Shown here: in pieces, positions 14,094 to 27,576 of the stretch
How the letters are laid out: each line of letters opens with the position of its first letter
How positions within the stretch are numbered: position 1 is the stretch's first letter
NCBI GenBank assembly: GCA_951406725.2
Contig: OX597819.1
Span: forward strand, 7,936,001 to 8,000,000
Origin: Octopus vulgaris
Taxonomy: Eukaryota
DNA length: 64,000 nucleotides
Direction: 5' to 3'
Translations under genes and position numbers: made by a program
The notes under the pieces: model-generated
What the model was told of the DNA's origin: nothing
Database searches by the model: none
What the model saw: only the letters and a program-made list of their open reading frames with translations

Positions 14094-14225
14094 ATGGCCT
14101 TACTCAGAATAGGCAGAGTAAATGCACATGGCCTGGCGGTCACCTTCGAAGCAGGATACTTAGTCAACGACTTCAGATAATAGATATAGATGTATTGGAC
14201 ATCAGCGAGATCAGAATCCAGAATT
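14094..14225 (+). pseudogene. Fragment of the N-terminus of an L1/Tx1-like AP endonuclease
   Basis: MALLRIGRVNAHGL..., then after a frameshift IDVLDISE; resembles the NxxGL and DVxxxxE motifs of LINE endonucleases. Confidence 0.45.
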
Positions 14226-14559
14226 TCCGGTGCACGAGCATTTGCATATATTTTCTATGGTTAGAAGATCTGTTTATTTCCAAGTCGACTACACAAATTT
14301 AGAGTGTATATGGAAAGAAAATGCTGCTGACCCAATGCACTCTCTTTTTATGTAGCTTCTCAAATAACCATTTTTTAATTTCCAATTTAAAGGTCGCAAG
14401 AATAGGATGAAATGAAATAAGTTTCGTCTTTCTTTAGGATATCTGTGCGTATGAAACCATATCTTTGTGTACATTTATCTCATTCTCTGCCATCTGGGTC
14501 CAAATATCACATAAATCCACTTAACACTTCTTTATTCCGGTGAAAGTAAATACCAGACG

Positions 14560-14945
14560 GGAGGTGCAATGGCCCAGTGGTTAGGGCAGCGGACTCGCGG
14601 TCATAGGATCGCGGCTTCGATTCCCAGACCGGGCGTTGTGAGTGTTTATTGAGCGAAAACACCTAAAGCTCCACGAGGCTCCGGCAGGGGATGGTGGTGA
14701 TCCCTGCTGTACTCTTTCACCATAACTTTCTCTCACTCTTACTTCCTGTTTCTGTTGTACCTGTATTTCAAAGGGCCGGCCTTGTCACTCTCTGTGTCAC
14801 GCTGAATATCCCCGAGAACTACGTTAAGGGTGCACGTGTCTGTGGAGTGCTCAGCTACTTACACGTTAATTTCACGAGCAGGCTGTTCCGTTGATTCGGA
14901 TCAACTGGAACCCTCGTCGTCGTAACCGACAGAGTGCTCCCATCC
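14560..14945 (+). mobile_element. SINE family A
   Basis: Full-length; TSD AAATACCAGACG. Confidence 0.92.
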
Positions 14946-15595
14946 AAATACCAGACGAAATATATGCCAGGCAAGTATTTAATTCTTTCAGAACATATTC
15001 CAGCCATATGCTTATGTTAGATAGCATTATTTTTATTGATTTTCGCATAAATGATAAATAATTTGTAGAATATTTTTAATCAGGAACCTTCGCAAAGCAT
15101 TTTCATAAGTTTGTCCTAAACATCCGTATTTGGTTTCAAATTTTTAGATAGCTCTTGTACGTTCTGAGAAATATAGCCTTTCCTTTTATAAGCCCCAAGT
15201 TACTCGAGCGGTTTAAAAAAATGGAAACGTGCGTCATATATGATACAGGACAGCAAGGCATTATGTCCTGAGCATCACATGTGATACGCAGAGCAGGCAA
15301 AAACTTAAAAGACAATCCACAATTGGTTTAATGATGTAAGAGTGTCTAATTTCACTTCTTTGAACCTGAGTTTAATTTCCGATGAGGTGGAATTTGTCTA
15401 TTATCCTTGAACTGTTATAATTTTCTTTGAAATAACGACACAACAAAGTATGATGTTATTTATACGCTAAAAAATATGTTTATACACAGACACATATAGA
15501 CACAAATATAGTAAAAGAGAAAAGCAAAAATGCTTTTGGGTTATTGAGAAAAGGGGAAATATATAGCATCATAACTATATTGGTTGTATATAACA

Positions 15596-16140
<545 letters not shown>

Positions 16141-17097
16141 AACTTTATATATATGCAATACACACCGAAAGTGTACAAATAACCATATTTTTGTAAAGTC
16201 CGCTCACTAACCGGAATCCAATTTCCCTTTTGGCAAATATTATACATGATCAAAAATATATAATATCAATGAAAACAGAGCTTGTCTTTATTTTATTTTT
16301 CAAATGTTGATGTAATACAAAATTTATATAATTTCATATCTTTGACAATGATGATGAAGATGATGATGGTGGTGGTGATTGCACAATAAATATATAAATG
16401 CATCGACAAATATAGTATTAAGCGTTGCAAGCCTTGGCACTTACCCATAAATTAGAGTCTTTTGATTTCGATCGCAATTTTAGCCCAGTCAATATTATTT
16501 ACTGTCAATAGAAGGAGAGAATTTTATGCTTATTCCAGCACAGTTTGAACTGAGAGCCTCACTCAAATATTGCTGACCACCTCATCAGGCACTTTACTGT
16601 TACTAGTAATGAATTTTAACGTTGGATGAAACAAAGTCGCACATTTAGCACGGAGCTACAAACTCAGAGTGAAATGATATGATTAAATGACTGCAGTATA
16701 TATATTTCATCTCTCAAAAATTATTGATGAAGTATTGATGTCCCACAAAGCTCAACTGAGGCTCGCAGATGAGCTTTGGCCCTTTTCCTTTTCTGCTGTT
16801 ACTATGCTTGCCTTTGCTCTTTGGAAATATTTGGGCTCCTGCTACCTCGACTTAAGCAATTCCTACCCACTTGTCTCTCCTCTAGTCATCTCGCTAGTTG
16901 TGTCCAACCCATCCAAATATTGCACAAACCAATACATCTAGTCCTTCCTGACCAGAACTTCGGCCTCCTGTTATTTCTTTCCTGTTCATATCTCTTCCGC
17001 TGATTTCACTAGCAATTCATCAAAAGGTACCGGTTATCAGCATAGAAACGACCCGAAAAAGTCACTGACATTGTCGTTTTCTCCAGACAAAGTAAAA

Positions 17098-18340
17098 AGA
17101 GGTACCACTTGGATACTAAGCCAATTCCTCATCAATTCGATTTCACTGCGTTTAGGCCAGTGCATTTTATGGCACACTTGTTATTAAGAGTGAAACTATG
17201 CAGGCAAACGAAGCGCAGTTTCGTCGCTCTGCGTACAATTCGGTGGTACTGCCAAGACCCCAGTCAAAAAGACCTCCGGATCAGACCATTCAGTTCAGCC
17301 TCGTCAATGCCAAATGTTTTTTTAGAGAATGGCATCGTTCTTACCTATGCATTGGAACTTCTATCTATCATGGATGGAAGCACTCCGTCGGTTACGACGA
17401 TGAGGGTTCCGGTTGATCCGAATCAACGGAACAGCCTGCTCGTGAAATTAACGTGTAAGTGGCTGAGCACTCCACAGACACGTGTACCCTTAACATAGTT
17501 CTCGGGGATATTCAGCGTGACACAGAGAGTGACAAGGCCGGCCCTTTGAAATACAGGTACAATAGAAACAGGAAGTAAGAGTGAGAGAAATTTGTGGCGA
17601 AAGAGTACAGCAGGGATCACCACCATCCCCTGCCAGAGCCTTGTGGAGCTTTAGGTGTTTTCGCTCAATAAACACTCACAACGCCCGGTCTGGGAATCGA
17701 AACTGCGATCCTATGACCGCGAGTCCGCTGCCCTAACCACTGGGCCATTGCGCCTCCTATCTATCATATTTCTCATATTGGTAGACAACATTCTATATAC
17801 CAGGTGCTTAATCTTAGTCTTTTCTTAACTCAGGACTGCAACTCAGTCTAGACAGACGAACTACAGGAAAGCCCACCATACAAACAAAAATCATACTACT
17901 CATCGCTCAAGAACCTCTGTAGTAAGTGGTGCAGACTTATCGGGTGTCTATACATCAGTGGCCATGGAATTTTGAGCCCAGCTTTCAGAGAGCACTGGCA
18001 ACAGATATACCGTCCCACCAGTGGAACTCGTCCGTTCCAAACGAAGCAGAAAAGTAGATGCTCTAATCTGGTCTGACGAGAACTGGGTAAAGGCATGACG
18101 GAAGTAATGTAGGTATTCACCACCTCGACTCAACCTTTTAAAATAGCTCCCCTATAGCCCAATTCTGAGTGAAGTTGATTACTCTGTTCATAAACTCTTC
18201 CTAGTTGCAGTCCACTTGGACATCGGAACTGAACGAAACACCGAGCAATTTAACCAGACTGTCTATACGGAAATCACTACGCTTTCTGACACGGGGATTT
18301 ACCTGCCAAGATGCTGAACTCCAAGCTCACTGACTTGTTT
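17098..18340 (-). pseudogene. Decayed Tx1/L1-like LINE ORF2 3' part (end of RT and downstream region), interrupted by a SINE
   Basis: Minus strand gives KLLGVSF, LEHLLFCFVWNGRVPLV..AGLKIP (FxW..GGLGxP-like) and a DET..-like remnant. Confidence 0.6.
17372..17757 (-). mobile_element. SINE family A inserted in one arm of the inverted duplication
   Basis: TSD CTATCTATCAT; the empty site is visible in the other arm (about 18860-18872). Confidence 0.92.
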
Positions 18341-18630
18341 AGGTTGTTTTGCTCCTATCGACAACATTATGTCGACACCGACCACATATATCAGCTCGAA
18401 AAGAATGCCACCAAACAGTTCTAGCTTTCACAACAATGGCTCGAATGCGGTACGAATTGAGGACACGAAAGAGGACGCACCTGAAGGATCGAGAGCGTGA
18501 TGCTCCGACCAACAAACACGTGCCATTATCTGTTGATTACTACGATTCAGCTTCTGAAAATGAAACTGAAAGCAGCTAATTAGCGATTCTATGGAAAGGA
18601 ATCGACTGATCCAGATTGTTTACGGTACCA

Positions 18631-18687
<57 letters not shown>

Positions 18688-18692
<5 letters not shown>

Positions 18693-19133
18693 TCTGCACC
18701 ACTTACTACAGAGGTTCTTGAGCGATGAGTGGTATGATTTTTGTTTGTATGGTGGCCTTTCCTGTAGTTCGTGTGTTTAGACAGAGTTGCAGTCCTGAGT
18801 TAAGAAAAGACTAAGACTAAGCACCTGGTATATAGAATGTTGTCTACCAATCGGGGAAATATGATAGATAGAAGTTCCAATGCATAGGTAAGAACGATGC
18901 CATTCTCTAAAAAACATTTGGCATTGACGACGCTGAACTGAATGGTCTGATCCGGAGGTCTTTTTGACTGGGGTCTTGGCAGTACCACCGAGTGGTACGC
19001 AGAGCGACGAAACCGCGCTTCGTTTGCCTGCATAGTTTCACTCTTAATAACAAGTGTGCCATAAAATGCACTGGCCTAAACGCAGTGAAATCGAATTGAT
19101 GAGGAATTGGCTTAATATTCAAGTGGTACCTCT
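18688..19133 (+). repeat. Inverted copy of 17098-17940 without the SINE
   Basis: Collinear reverse complement with scattered substitutions. Confidence 0.92.
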
Positions 19134-19770
19134 CGGTCTAGTTCGCTTTCTCTCCATGAGGTATCGTATGAGGTGACAGTTCAAATAAAATGAGAGTTGC
19201 GACAAGCCGTTGAGGTAGGCGCAAAGGGACATTACCATCTCCAACTTATCCGTCGCTCAAAATAATGGAGTAAGGTGTTGCTGGAAAGCCAGCTACAATT
19301 GCTTGGGACGGACTTGCAATCGCCTAGGAAGAGTTTATGAACAGAGTAATCAACTTCACTCAGAATTGAGCTATAGGGGAGCTATTTTAAAAGTTTGAGT
19401 CGAGGTGGTGAATACCTACAATCGCCTATCCTGGTTTATCACGAATTGTAGCTTTGTTGCCACGTCGGGCCTCCACCATCCGAGCCCATCGAACTGCTTT
19501 CATTCCCCCCTTATTTTAGCACGTGGACCCTAAATGATAATAGGTAATTGTTTATAACCGTAGGACCGATAAAAAAGGAAAGTCAAAGCTGACTCATTCT
19601 GGAGCAGACGACATTCTAGGCATCGACGGAGAGCAACCTCCAGAAATCTCTAGCCTGAGAAAGTGTTACTGGGGCAGCGGCGGGTCATTGCCTGATCGGG
19701 ATATAAAGCCAGGCACTTCTTTCTTCGCCGAAACCTCAGCACTGCTATTGCTGCTGCTCCTGGTGCTGCA

Positions 19771-19826
<56 letters not shown>

Positions 19827-19884
19827 CACCACCACCACCACCACCACCACCACCACCACCACCACCACCACTACCACCACCACC

Positions 19885-19983
<99 letters not shown>

Positions 19984-20005
19984 TGCTGCTGCTGTTGTTG
20001 TTGTT
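19771..20005. repeat. (ACT)n/(ACC)n/(GCT)n/(GTT)n compound trinucleotide array
   Basis: Directly visible. Confidence 0.95.
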
Positions 20006-20484
20006 AAGCAACAAGACGGGTAAGGGGTGATTAGGTGATGGTCTAGGGCTTAGGGATGGGAGACCCCAGACCTTGGGGAAAAAAAACAACTTTGGTCGTC
20101 TTGTTGTAGTCGAGGGCTCTTCGTTGACTCCCGACACCATTGGGAGGTGACCCTCGAAGTCGCTGGAAATAGAGATCTCCAGGTCCAAATTCTTGAACGG
20201 CTGCTGCTGCTGATGATGATGTTGATGATGATGATGATGATTATAGTCGTCGTAGTTGTTTTTGTTGTTGTTGTTGTTGTTCTTTAGTAACAAGAAGGAG
20301 AATGTGAGAAACTCAACGAAAACACCGAACACATTTAAAATTGATAAATATACTCCACCTTTTATGATTAGTTTAAAAAGCTGTCCAACTGTTCTGAGAC
20401 TTTCAAAAGCTAATTATGCAAACGTACCGATGTGGAATAATTTACATAGCAGATAGCAGCGCTTTTGAAGCAGATTGAAAAAAT

Positions 20485-20504
20485 ATATGTATGTATGTAT
20501 GTGC

Positions 20505-20576
<72 letters not shown>

Positions 20577-20707
20577 GTGTTTGTGAGTTTGTATGTATGT
20601 GCGTGTATATATTTATATATATATATATATATGTTTGTGTATATGTATGTATGTGCGTGTATATATATATATATATGTTTGTGTGTATGTATGTATGTGC
20701 TTGTATA

Positions 20708-20754
<47 letters not shown>

Positions 20755-20772
20755 TTGTGTATATGTATGTGC

Positions 20773-20833
<61 letters not shown>

Positions 20834-20850
20834 TGTGTGTATGTATATAC
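20485..20850. repeat. Compound (TA)n/(TG) array with the recurring unit TATGTTTGTGTATATGTATGTGCGTG
   Basis: About six variant units separated by (TA)n. Confidence 0.85.
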
Positions 20851-21074
20851 TTCTTACATACATAAAATACACACATAGTTGTATACATAGATGTACACAA
20901 AGATGATTTTGGCCCTGCGTTATTAGCATGAAGTCCTTTATCATTTGCTTAGATGTTTTGCGGTCAATGAATACCGTTATCTGCGAAGGTCTCTGTGGAG
21001 TTATCCTTTTTACAAATACCACACATACACATATTTGCATACGCGCATACTCACACAAACATATCGATACACAC

Positions 21075-21112
<38 letters not shown>

Positions 21113-21328
21113 ACTCATTCTCACTTATTTTACCCCCCCTCTCTCTCATACACACACGCGTATGACATACGTATATATGTGTACTTCTATGTGTATATGA
21201 ATATACGTGTGTTTATATTTTATATATGCATGTATATATACATATATATATACATATACGGTGTCCACAGTGATAATGCAGTGATATACATATATATATA
21301 TATATATAAGTATATATATATTATATAT

Positions 21329-21362
<34 letters not shown>

Positions 21363-21582
21363 AATACACGCACACACACATATACATATATATATACATA
21401 TATATATATATACACACACACACACACCTATACATAACCGCTTTCAGATGGCCATGCAAAGAATTTCATCGATCTTTTCTGATTTATCGTTGCCAAATTG
21501 TTTCGTTCCACAATAGAAAGAAATGTATTTTCTTTAGCGTCGAAAAATCTAAGCTGACAGAAATTAGCGACAACAACAACAG

Positions 21583-21642
<60 letters not shown>

Positions 21643-21654
21643 TAAGACGCACAC

Positions 21655-21655
<1 letters not shown>

Positions 21656-21692
<37 letters not shown>

Positions 21693-21972
21693 GTTTAGCG
21701 TCCGCTTTCCATGCTGGCATGGGTTGGACGGTGCGACTGGGGTCTGGGAAGCCAGAAGGCTGCACCAGGCCCAGTCTGATCTGGCAATGTTTCTACGGCT
21801 GGATGCCCTTCCTAACGCCAACCACTCCATGAGTGTAGTGGGTGCTTTTTACGTGCCACCTGCACAGGTGTCAGACAAGTCTGGCAAACGGCCACGGTCG
21901 GATGGTGCTTTTTACGTGCCACCGGCACGGAGGCCAGACGAGGCTGGCAAACGGCCACGATCGGATGGTGCA
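21656..21972 (-). mobile_element. RTE-related non-autonomous retroelement fragment with a (GAT)n tail and internal tandem units of about 63 bp
   Basis: Minus strand has TTGGCGTTAGGAAGGGCATCCAGCCGTAGAAAC (resembles the RTE 5' UTR motif) and ends ...GGACGCTAAACG(ATG)n; GGTGCTTTTTACGTGCCACC is repeated. Confidence 0.65.
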
Positions 21973-22558
21973 CTGAAATAATATTTATTTTTAACTTCTT
22001 GGATGGTCTAAAAGCAGATGTATAAATGCGATTTGAAGTACGCCGTACCGGTTAGTAGAATTTCCGGTAAGTTTGGTATCTATATGTGTAGTATGAACCA
22101 GATGTCAATGTGGTTGAACTGTAAGAGCATCGAATATATTGCCTTCGGTAATTGCTCTCTGGGTTCCAATATAGCCGAAGTTCACTCTATTTTGAAGATT
22201 GTTTCCTCTCTCAAAGAAACCGGTTGTTGTCAGAAGGATGGACTCTGTCAGGTATAGAAATGTCCAATATACATCGAATATGGGACGTTTATTGTCAGGA
22301 GTTGAATATTCTAGACCAAAGCAATAATAAAGGACTTGTAGGTTTCAGGATTCACTTGATTTCGCGTTGCTCTAATCTATTCTGCTGAAGACCAGTAACA
22401 GCCTCGGATGCCGGGTCTGGTTTTCACGCTATCCATCACACACTCCAGCTGAAGAGTCAGGGGCTGGAGTTCTGCGACTACAGAAGAATCATCTAAAAAA
22501 CGATTAGTGAAAGCCTGGTACATGCTCCTATATCATAGTCGTCTGCATGGGACGGTTA

Positions 22559-22969
22559 TTACTCTTTTACTCTTTTACTTGCTTCAGTCATTTGACTGGG
22601 GCCATGCTGGAGCACCGCCTTTTAGTCGAGCAAATCGACCCAAGGACTTATTCTTTGTAAGCCCAGGACTTATTCTATCGGTCTCTTTTGCCGAACCGCT
22701 AAGTGACGGGGACGTAAACACACCAGCATTGGTTGTCAAGCAATGCTAGGGGGACAAACACAGACACACAAACACATATACACATATATATATATATATA
22801 CATATATATACGACAGGCTTCTTTCAGTTTCCGTCTACCAAATCCACTCATAAGGCATTGGTCGGCCTGGGGCTATAGCAGAAGACACTTGCCCAAGATG
22901 CCACGCAGTGGGACTGAACCCGGAACCATGTGGTTGGTTAGCAAGCTATTTACCACACAGCCACCCCTG
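22559..22969 (-). mobile_element. SINE family B
   Basis: Reverse complement of the family B pattern. Confidence 0.9.
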
Positions 22970-23202
22970 TTCATGTATACATACTTGTAAGGTGTTTTTC
23001 TGGTTTTATTGCTTCGAATCCTTTACCAATAGAAAAGAATCCAGTATCTAGCTGAGAATCAATACACTTTCATTGGAATTTTGACAACTGCATAAGTGTA
23101 GCTATGTATGCCAGTAAGCAGAGTAGATCAGAGCAACGCGAAATCAAGTACATCCTGAAACCTACCGGCCCTTTACAATATAGCCTTGATCTAGAATATT
23201 CA

Positions 23203-23367
23203 CAGGAGTGGCTGTGTGGTAAGTAGCTTGTTTACCAACCACATGGTTCCGGGTTCAGTCCCACTGCGTGGCATCTTGGGCAAGTGTCTTCTGCTATAGC
23301 CCCGGGCCGACCAATGCCTTGTGAGTGGATTTGGTAGACGGAAACTGAAAGAAGCCTGTCGTATATA

Positions 23368-23424
<57 letters not shown>

Positions 23425-23597
23425 GTGTGTTTGACAACCGATGCTGGTGTGTTTACGTCCCCGTCACCTATCGGTTCGGCAAAAGAGACCGATAGAATAA
23501 GTACTGGGCTTACAAAGAATAAGTCCTGGGGTCGATTTGCTCGACTAAAGGCGGTGCTCCAGCATGGCCGCAGTCAAATGACTGAAACAAGTAAAAA
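23203..23597 (+). mobile_element. SINE family B (small internal deletion)
   Basis: Similarity to the other B copies. Confidence 0.9.
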
Positions 23598-23689
23598 TAG
23601 TAAGCATGCATACACGCACGTAAGTGCATACTATAAAATACATTATCAGTCAAGTTGATCCACCGAGAATAATAATTAATCTTCCTGTT

Positions 23690-26450
23690 ATCTTCTGCGT
23701 AACCATTCACTTTTTAAATTGTAAGGTCTTTCCGATATTGATTATCCCAGAAACCGAGATAATCTGTTGAGCTATACAAGAATTCAAGTCCAGTCACTCT
23801 TTGGTAAATATCCTGCTGCTATAATATTGTTGGATATACAGCCGAAAGTATGTTTTGGGTACTGAATTTACAGATACTCCCTTAATGTCCCATAGAGGTT
23901 TTGTTTGACCTATTATTTCCTTACCACATTAACGGAGAATAATTTTTTTCTTATTTTATGATCCTAAGGAATACGAGGTCAGTTGTGTTTTAATAAAGGG
24001 GTTTTTTTTTCTGAGGACCAGCAATATATTTTTAATGCATCGCTCTTATTATAATCATCTTTACTTGATGTCTATTTTCTTTCAAACTCTACTTTAGATT
24101 GCTCTGGCTATCATACCATGCCTTATGGAAACTAATATCTAGAGGACATTTCTCAAAGACAATGATGTAGAAATATCTTCAATTTGGGCTTTACAAAGCC
24201 AACACATTAATTTATGCATTGTGGCTTTTCTGTAGAAGGTGATTTGGTTGAGATTTATTGCTCCTGGAAAGCATGATTTGAGGTGAGATATTTTAAAGCT
24301 ATCAGAAACTCCATGCCACGTTTATTTTCCGCATGGTCTGTTTCCTCCTTGGTCTATGTTTCTTGTTTCAAATAAGCACGTAGAACCCTCTCAGTGACAC
24401 GCTCTATTTTTGTTTTTCATTTCAATTTAGCGTGAAGTAAGACTTTCAAGTATTTTTCGGAGGGTGACTAAGAATTTATTCCGTGTCTCCATTCAAGCTC
24501 CTTTACTTTTCTAATGAAGTTTGTATTTCCGTGCTGGTTAACTTAAGCTCCTTTTCTTCCTGTTGAAATTGTTGCTTCAGTGATACAATCCAGGTCCCGC
24601 AAGGAGGTAAAACACCCATAAGGCAATGGACGTCTCTTCCTGCGGAAAATATTTGCCTACATCCCCAATAATGCCGAGATTTTCAGTAATACTAAACTCT
24701 TTGCGAGTTTTCACCAATTGTACTTAGTGAAATGTAGATGTCGGAACGGGCGTTGTAAATCGAAAGTTCACATTTTCTTTGTCCTATATAGCTGTTCATT
24801 ATTTACCATCTTATTAATGGATTTGGATTTCAGTTCTTACCTGAATCTAAAGGCTGTAATATTAAGCCATTCATGTTTAGTTTGTTTTGGGGACAGAGTA
24901 GAAGTTTTCCTTATGACATTTGGACTCATTAAATTTCATTCAAATGTGGGTGGAATAATAAGATAATGAGATAAAATTGCTTTTTAATGAAGTTGAAGTT
25001 AATACTTGGACCGTACAGCTTCAGGTCAACTACAAAGAAAAGGCGAGAGGTGTTTTTGGATTCAGTGAATTCATTTCAATAAACACTATATTTTCGTGAG
25101 CTAATATGTTAGCCGGGCTACTGAGAGAACAAAGCATGGTGCTGCCAAGCTACTGCCATGCAGGATGCCTTTTTATTAATAGTCTCAAATTTGATTTATT
25201 TTTACCATCACTAATAGGCAAATTAGTGTACGAAGTCTGCGGTTGGTTGTTGAATAGCAACGCTATTGAATTCTGGTTAATGCTATGCTTTGATAACCCA
25301 TTACTGTAATATACTATCAAAGCTATTCTGACATTCCTGCCACATTACAACCAAATTTCTGTGGTCATTTACTGTTTCTTGTATCATTTCTATTTCTTAA
25401 CTACCCACAAGGGGCTAAATACAGAGAGGACAAACAAGGACAGACAAACGGATTAAGTCGATTATATCGACCCCAGTGCGTAACTGGTACTTATTTAATC
25501 GACCCCGAAAGGATGAAAGGCAAAGTCGACCTCGGCGGAATTTGAACTCAGAACACTTAACGGCAGACGAAATAGGGCTACGCATTTCGCCCGGCATGCT
25601 AACGATTCTGCCAGCTCGCCGTCTTGTTTCTTGTATCATTTCGTTGATTCGTTGCTGCTTTGGTTAGTAGCTGTTCTATAGCTCCTATCCTACGTTATTT
25701 CAACTAGTTTCTTTTGGTTATAAAATATTGTTGGTCGTACAATGATTCTACAAGAACAGATTAAGTCACCCATTGAATATTTTACAAATGATGCTTTGAC
25801 AAATAATTCGGTAATAATTTTTAGTTTGATGGTGGTGGTAGTGGTGGTGGAGTTTGGCTATTTTGGGAATAACAATTTTACTGTAGAACCAATATTCTTG
25901 TCATAATGCGTAATCAAATCCCTGTGATAATATGTAAGCGTGTAAGCGACTTGATCTGAAATCCAGGATAAGATTTTAACTACTTGATCCAAAATCTGTT
26001 TGTTATTTTCTTCAGGATTGTTTCTTGTACTTTGTTATTGATTTCGTACTGTTTTTGCTAACATGTTTGCAGTAACCTTATTGTTGTTGTTTCATGCGTG
26101 TAAGTTGCTTGTTAAACTTATATCTTTTTTCCATATATACTTCCATCAGCTTTCAACTGGTTCAACGTAAATAACTCAATCTCTGTTACAGATTTTGCAT
26201 TGTTTATGTTGAAGTTTAGACGCATCTGAGAAGTCTAGCAGCATCTATCCAGCACCTGGCGTTTAAGATACACAAATTTGTATTTTAAGTTCTCAAATTT
26301 AGGTCCTTTTGTTTCAGTTGATAGAATTTAGAGGTTAAAGTCTTTGGTTTCATCTCTTACTACTTTTTTTAATTTCTGTTTTAAATCTTTATGAAGTTTT
26401 GTGAAGGAATTTTCTGTGTTGTATGCTTTAATTGCAAGTGTCAGAGAAAT
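23690..26450 (-). pseudogene. Heavily decayed R4/Dong-like non-LTR retrotransposon (RT, zinc knuckle, restriction-like endonuclease region)
   Basis: Ordered minus-strand remnants: GAIEQLL, KGILHGSSLAAPCFVLSV (about 25120-25170), SRLFFVVDLKLYG (about 25010-25050), MKFNESKC, CWLCKAQIEDI (about 24175-24205); boundaries are approximate. Confidence 0.7.
25391..25624 (-). mobile_element. SINE family C nested in the R4-like element
   Basis: 18-bp TSD TGTTTCTTGTATCATTTC; central GCCTTTCATCCTTTCGGGGTCGAT motif. Confidence 0.9.
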
Positions 26451-26517
26451 GTTTCGTTACGGTTACCTTGGCTCAGAATGCATTAACAATAAATGTATGC
26501 GAGTATGTCTGCATGTA

Positions 26518-26939
26518 TACTCTTTTACTCTTTTACTCTTTTACTTGTTTCAGTCATTTGACTGCGGCCATGCTGGAGCACCACCTTTAATCGAGCAACT
26601 TGACCCTGGGACTTATTCTTTGTAAGCCCAGTACTTATTCTATCGGTCTCTTTTGCCGAACCGCTAAGTAACGGGGACATAAACACACCAGCATCGGTTG
26701 TCAAGCAATGCTAGGGGACAAACACAGACACACAAACATACACGCACACACACACATATAAATATATACATACATATATACGACGGGCTTCTTTCAGTTT
26801 CCGTCTACCAAATCCACTCACAAAGCTTTGGTCGGCCCGAGGCCATAGTAGAAGACACTTACCCAAGGTGCCATGCAGTGGGACTGAACCCGGAACCATG
26901 TGGTTGGTAAACAAGCTACTTACCACACAGCCACTCCTG
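26518..26939 (-). mobile_element. SINE family B
   Basis: Reverse complement of the family B pattern. Confidence 0.9.
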
Positions 26940-27313
26940 TTTTATTTAAATACTTATTTAATGTCTTCGGAGAATTCAAACCAGTCACAAAGCAACGACG
27001 TTCTCTGAGTCGAGACAGTTCCAAAGAGGACATAAATTTGCACGTCTTTATATATGTGAATGTACTTTTGTACTCATGTAATGTGTGTACATGTCTCATT
27101 AGTTCGTGAGTGCATGTAATAACTCATGTATGTATGTATGAACGTATGTATGTATGCATGTATGTATGTATTAACACACACATACACACATATACTAGCA
27201 ATTCATTCCGGCGTTGCCTGGATGTTATGTACTACACATTCTATTATGTATATATATATCTATATATCTATATATATATATATACATACATACATACATA
27301 CATATATATATAT

Positions 27314-27576
<263 letters not shown>

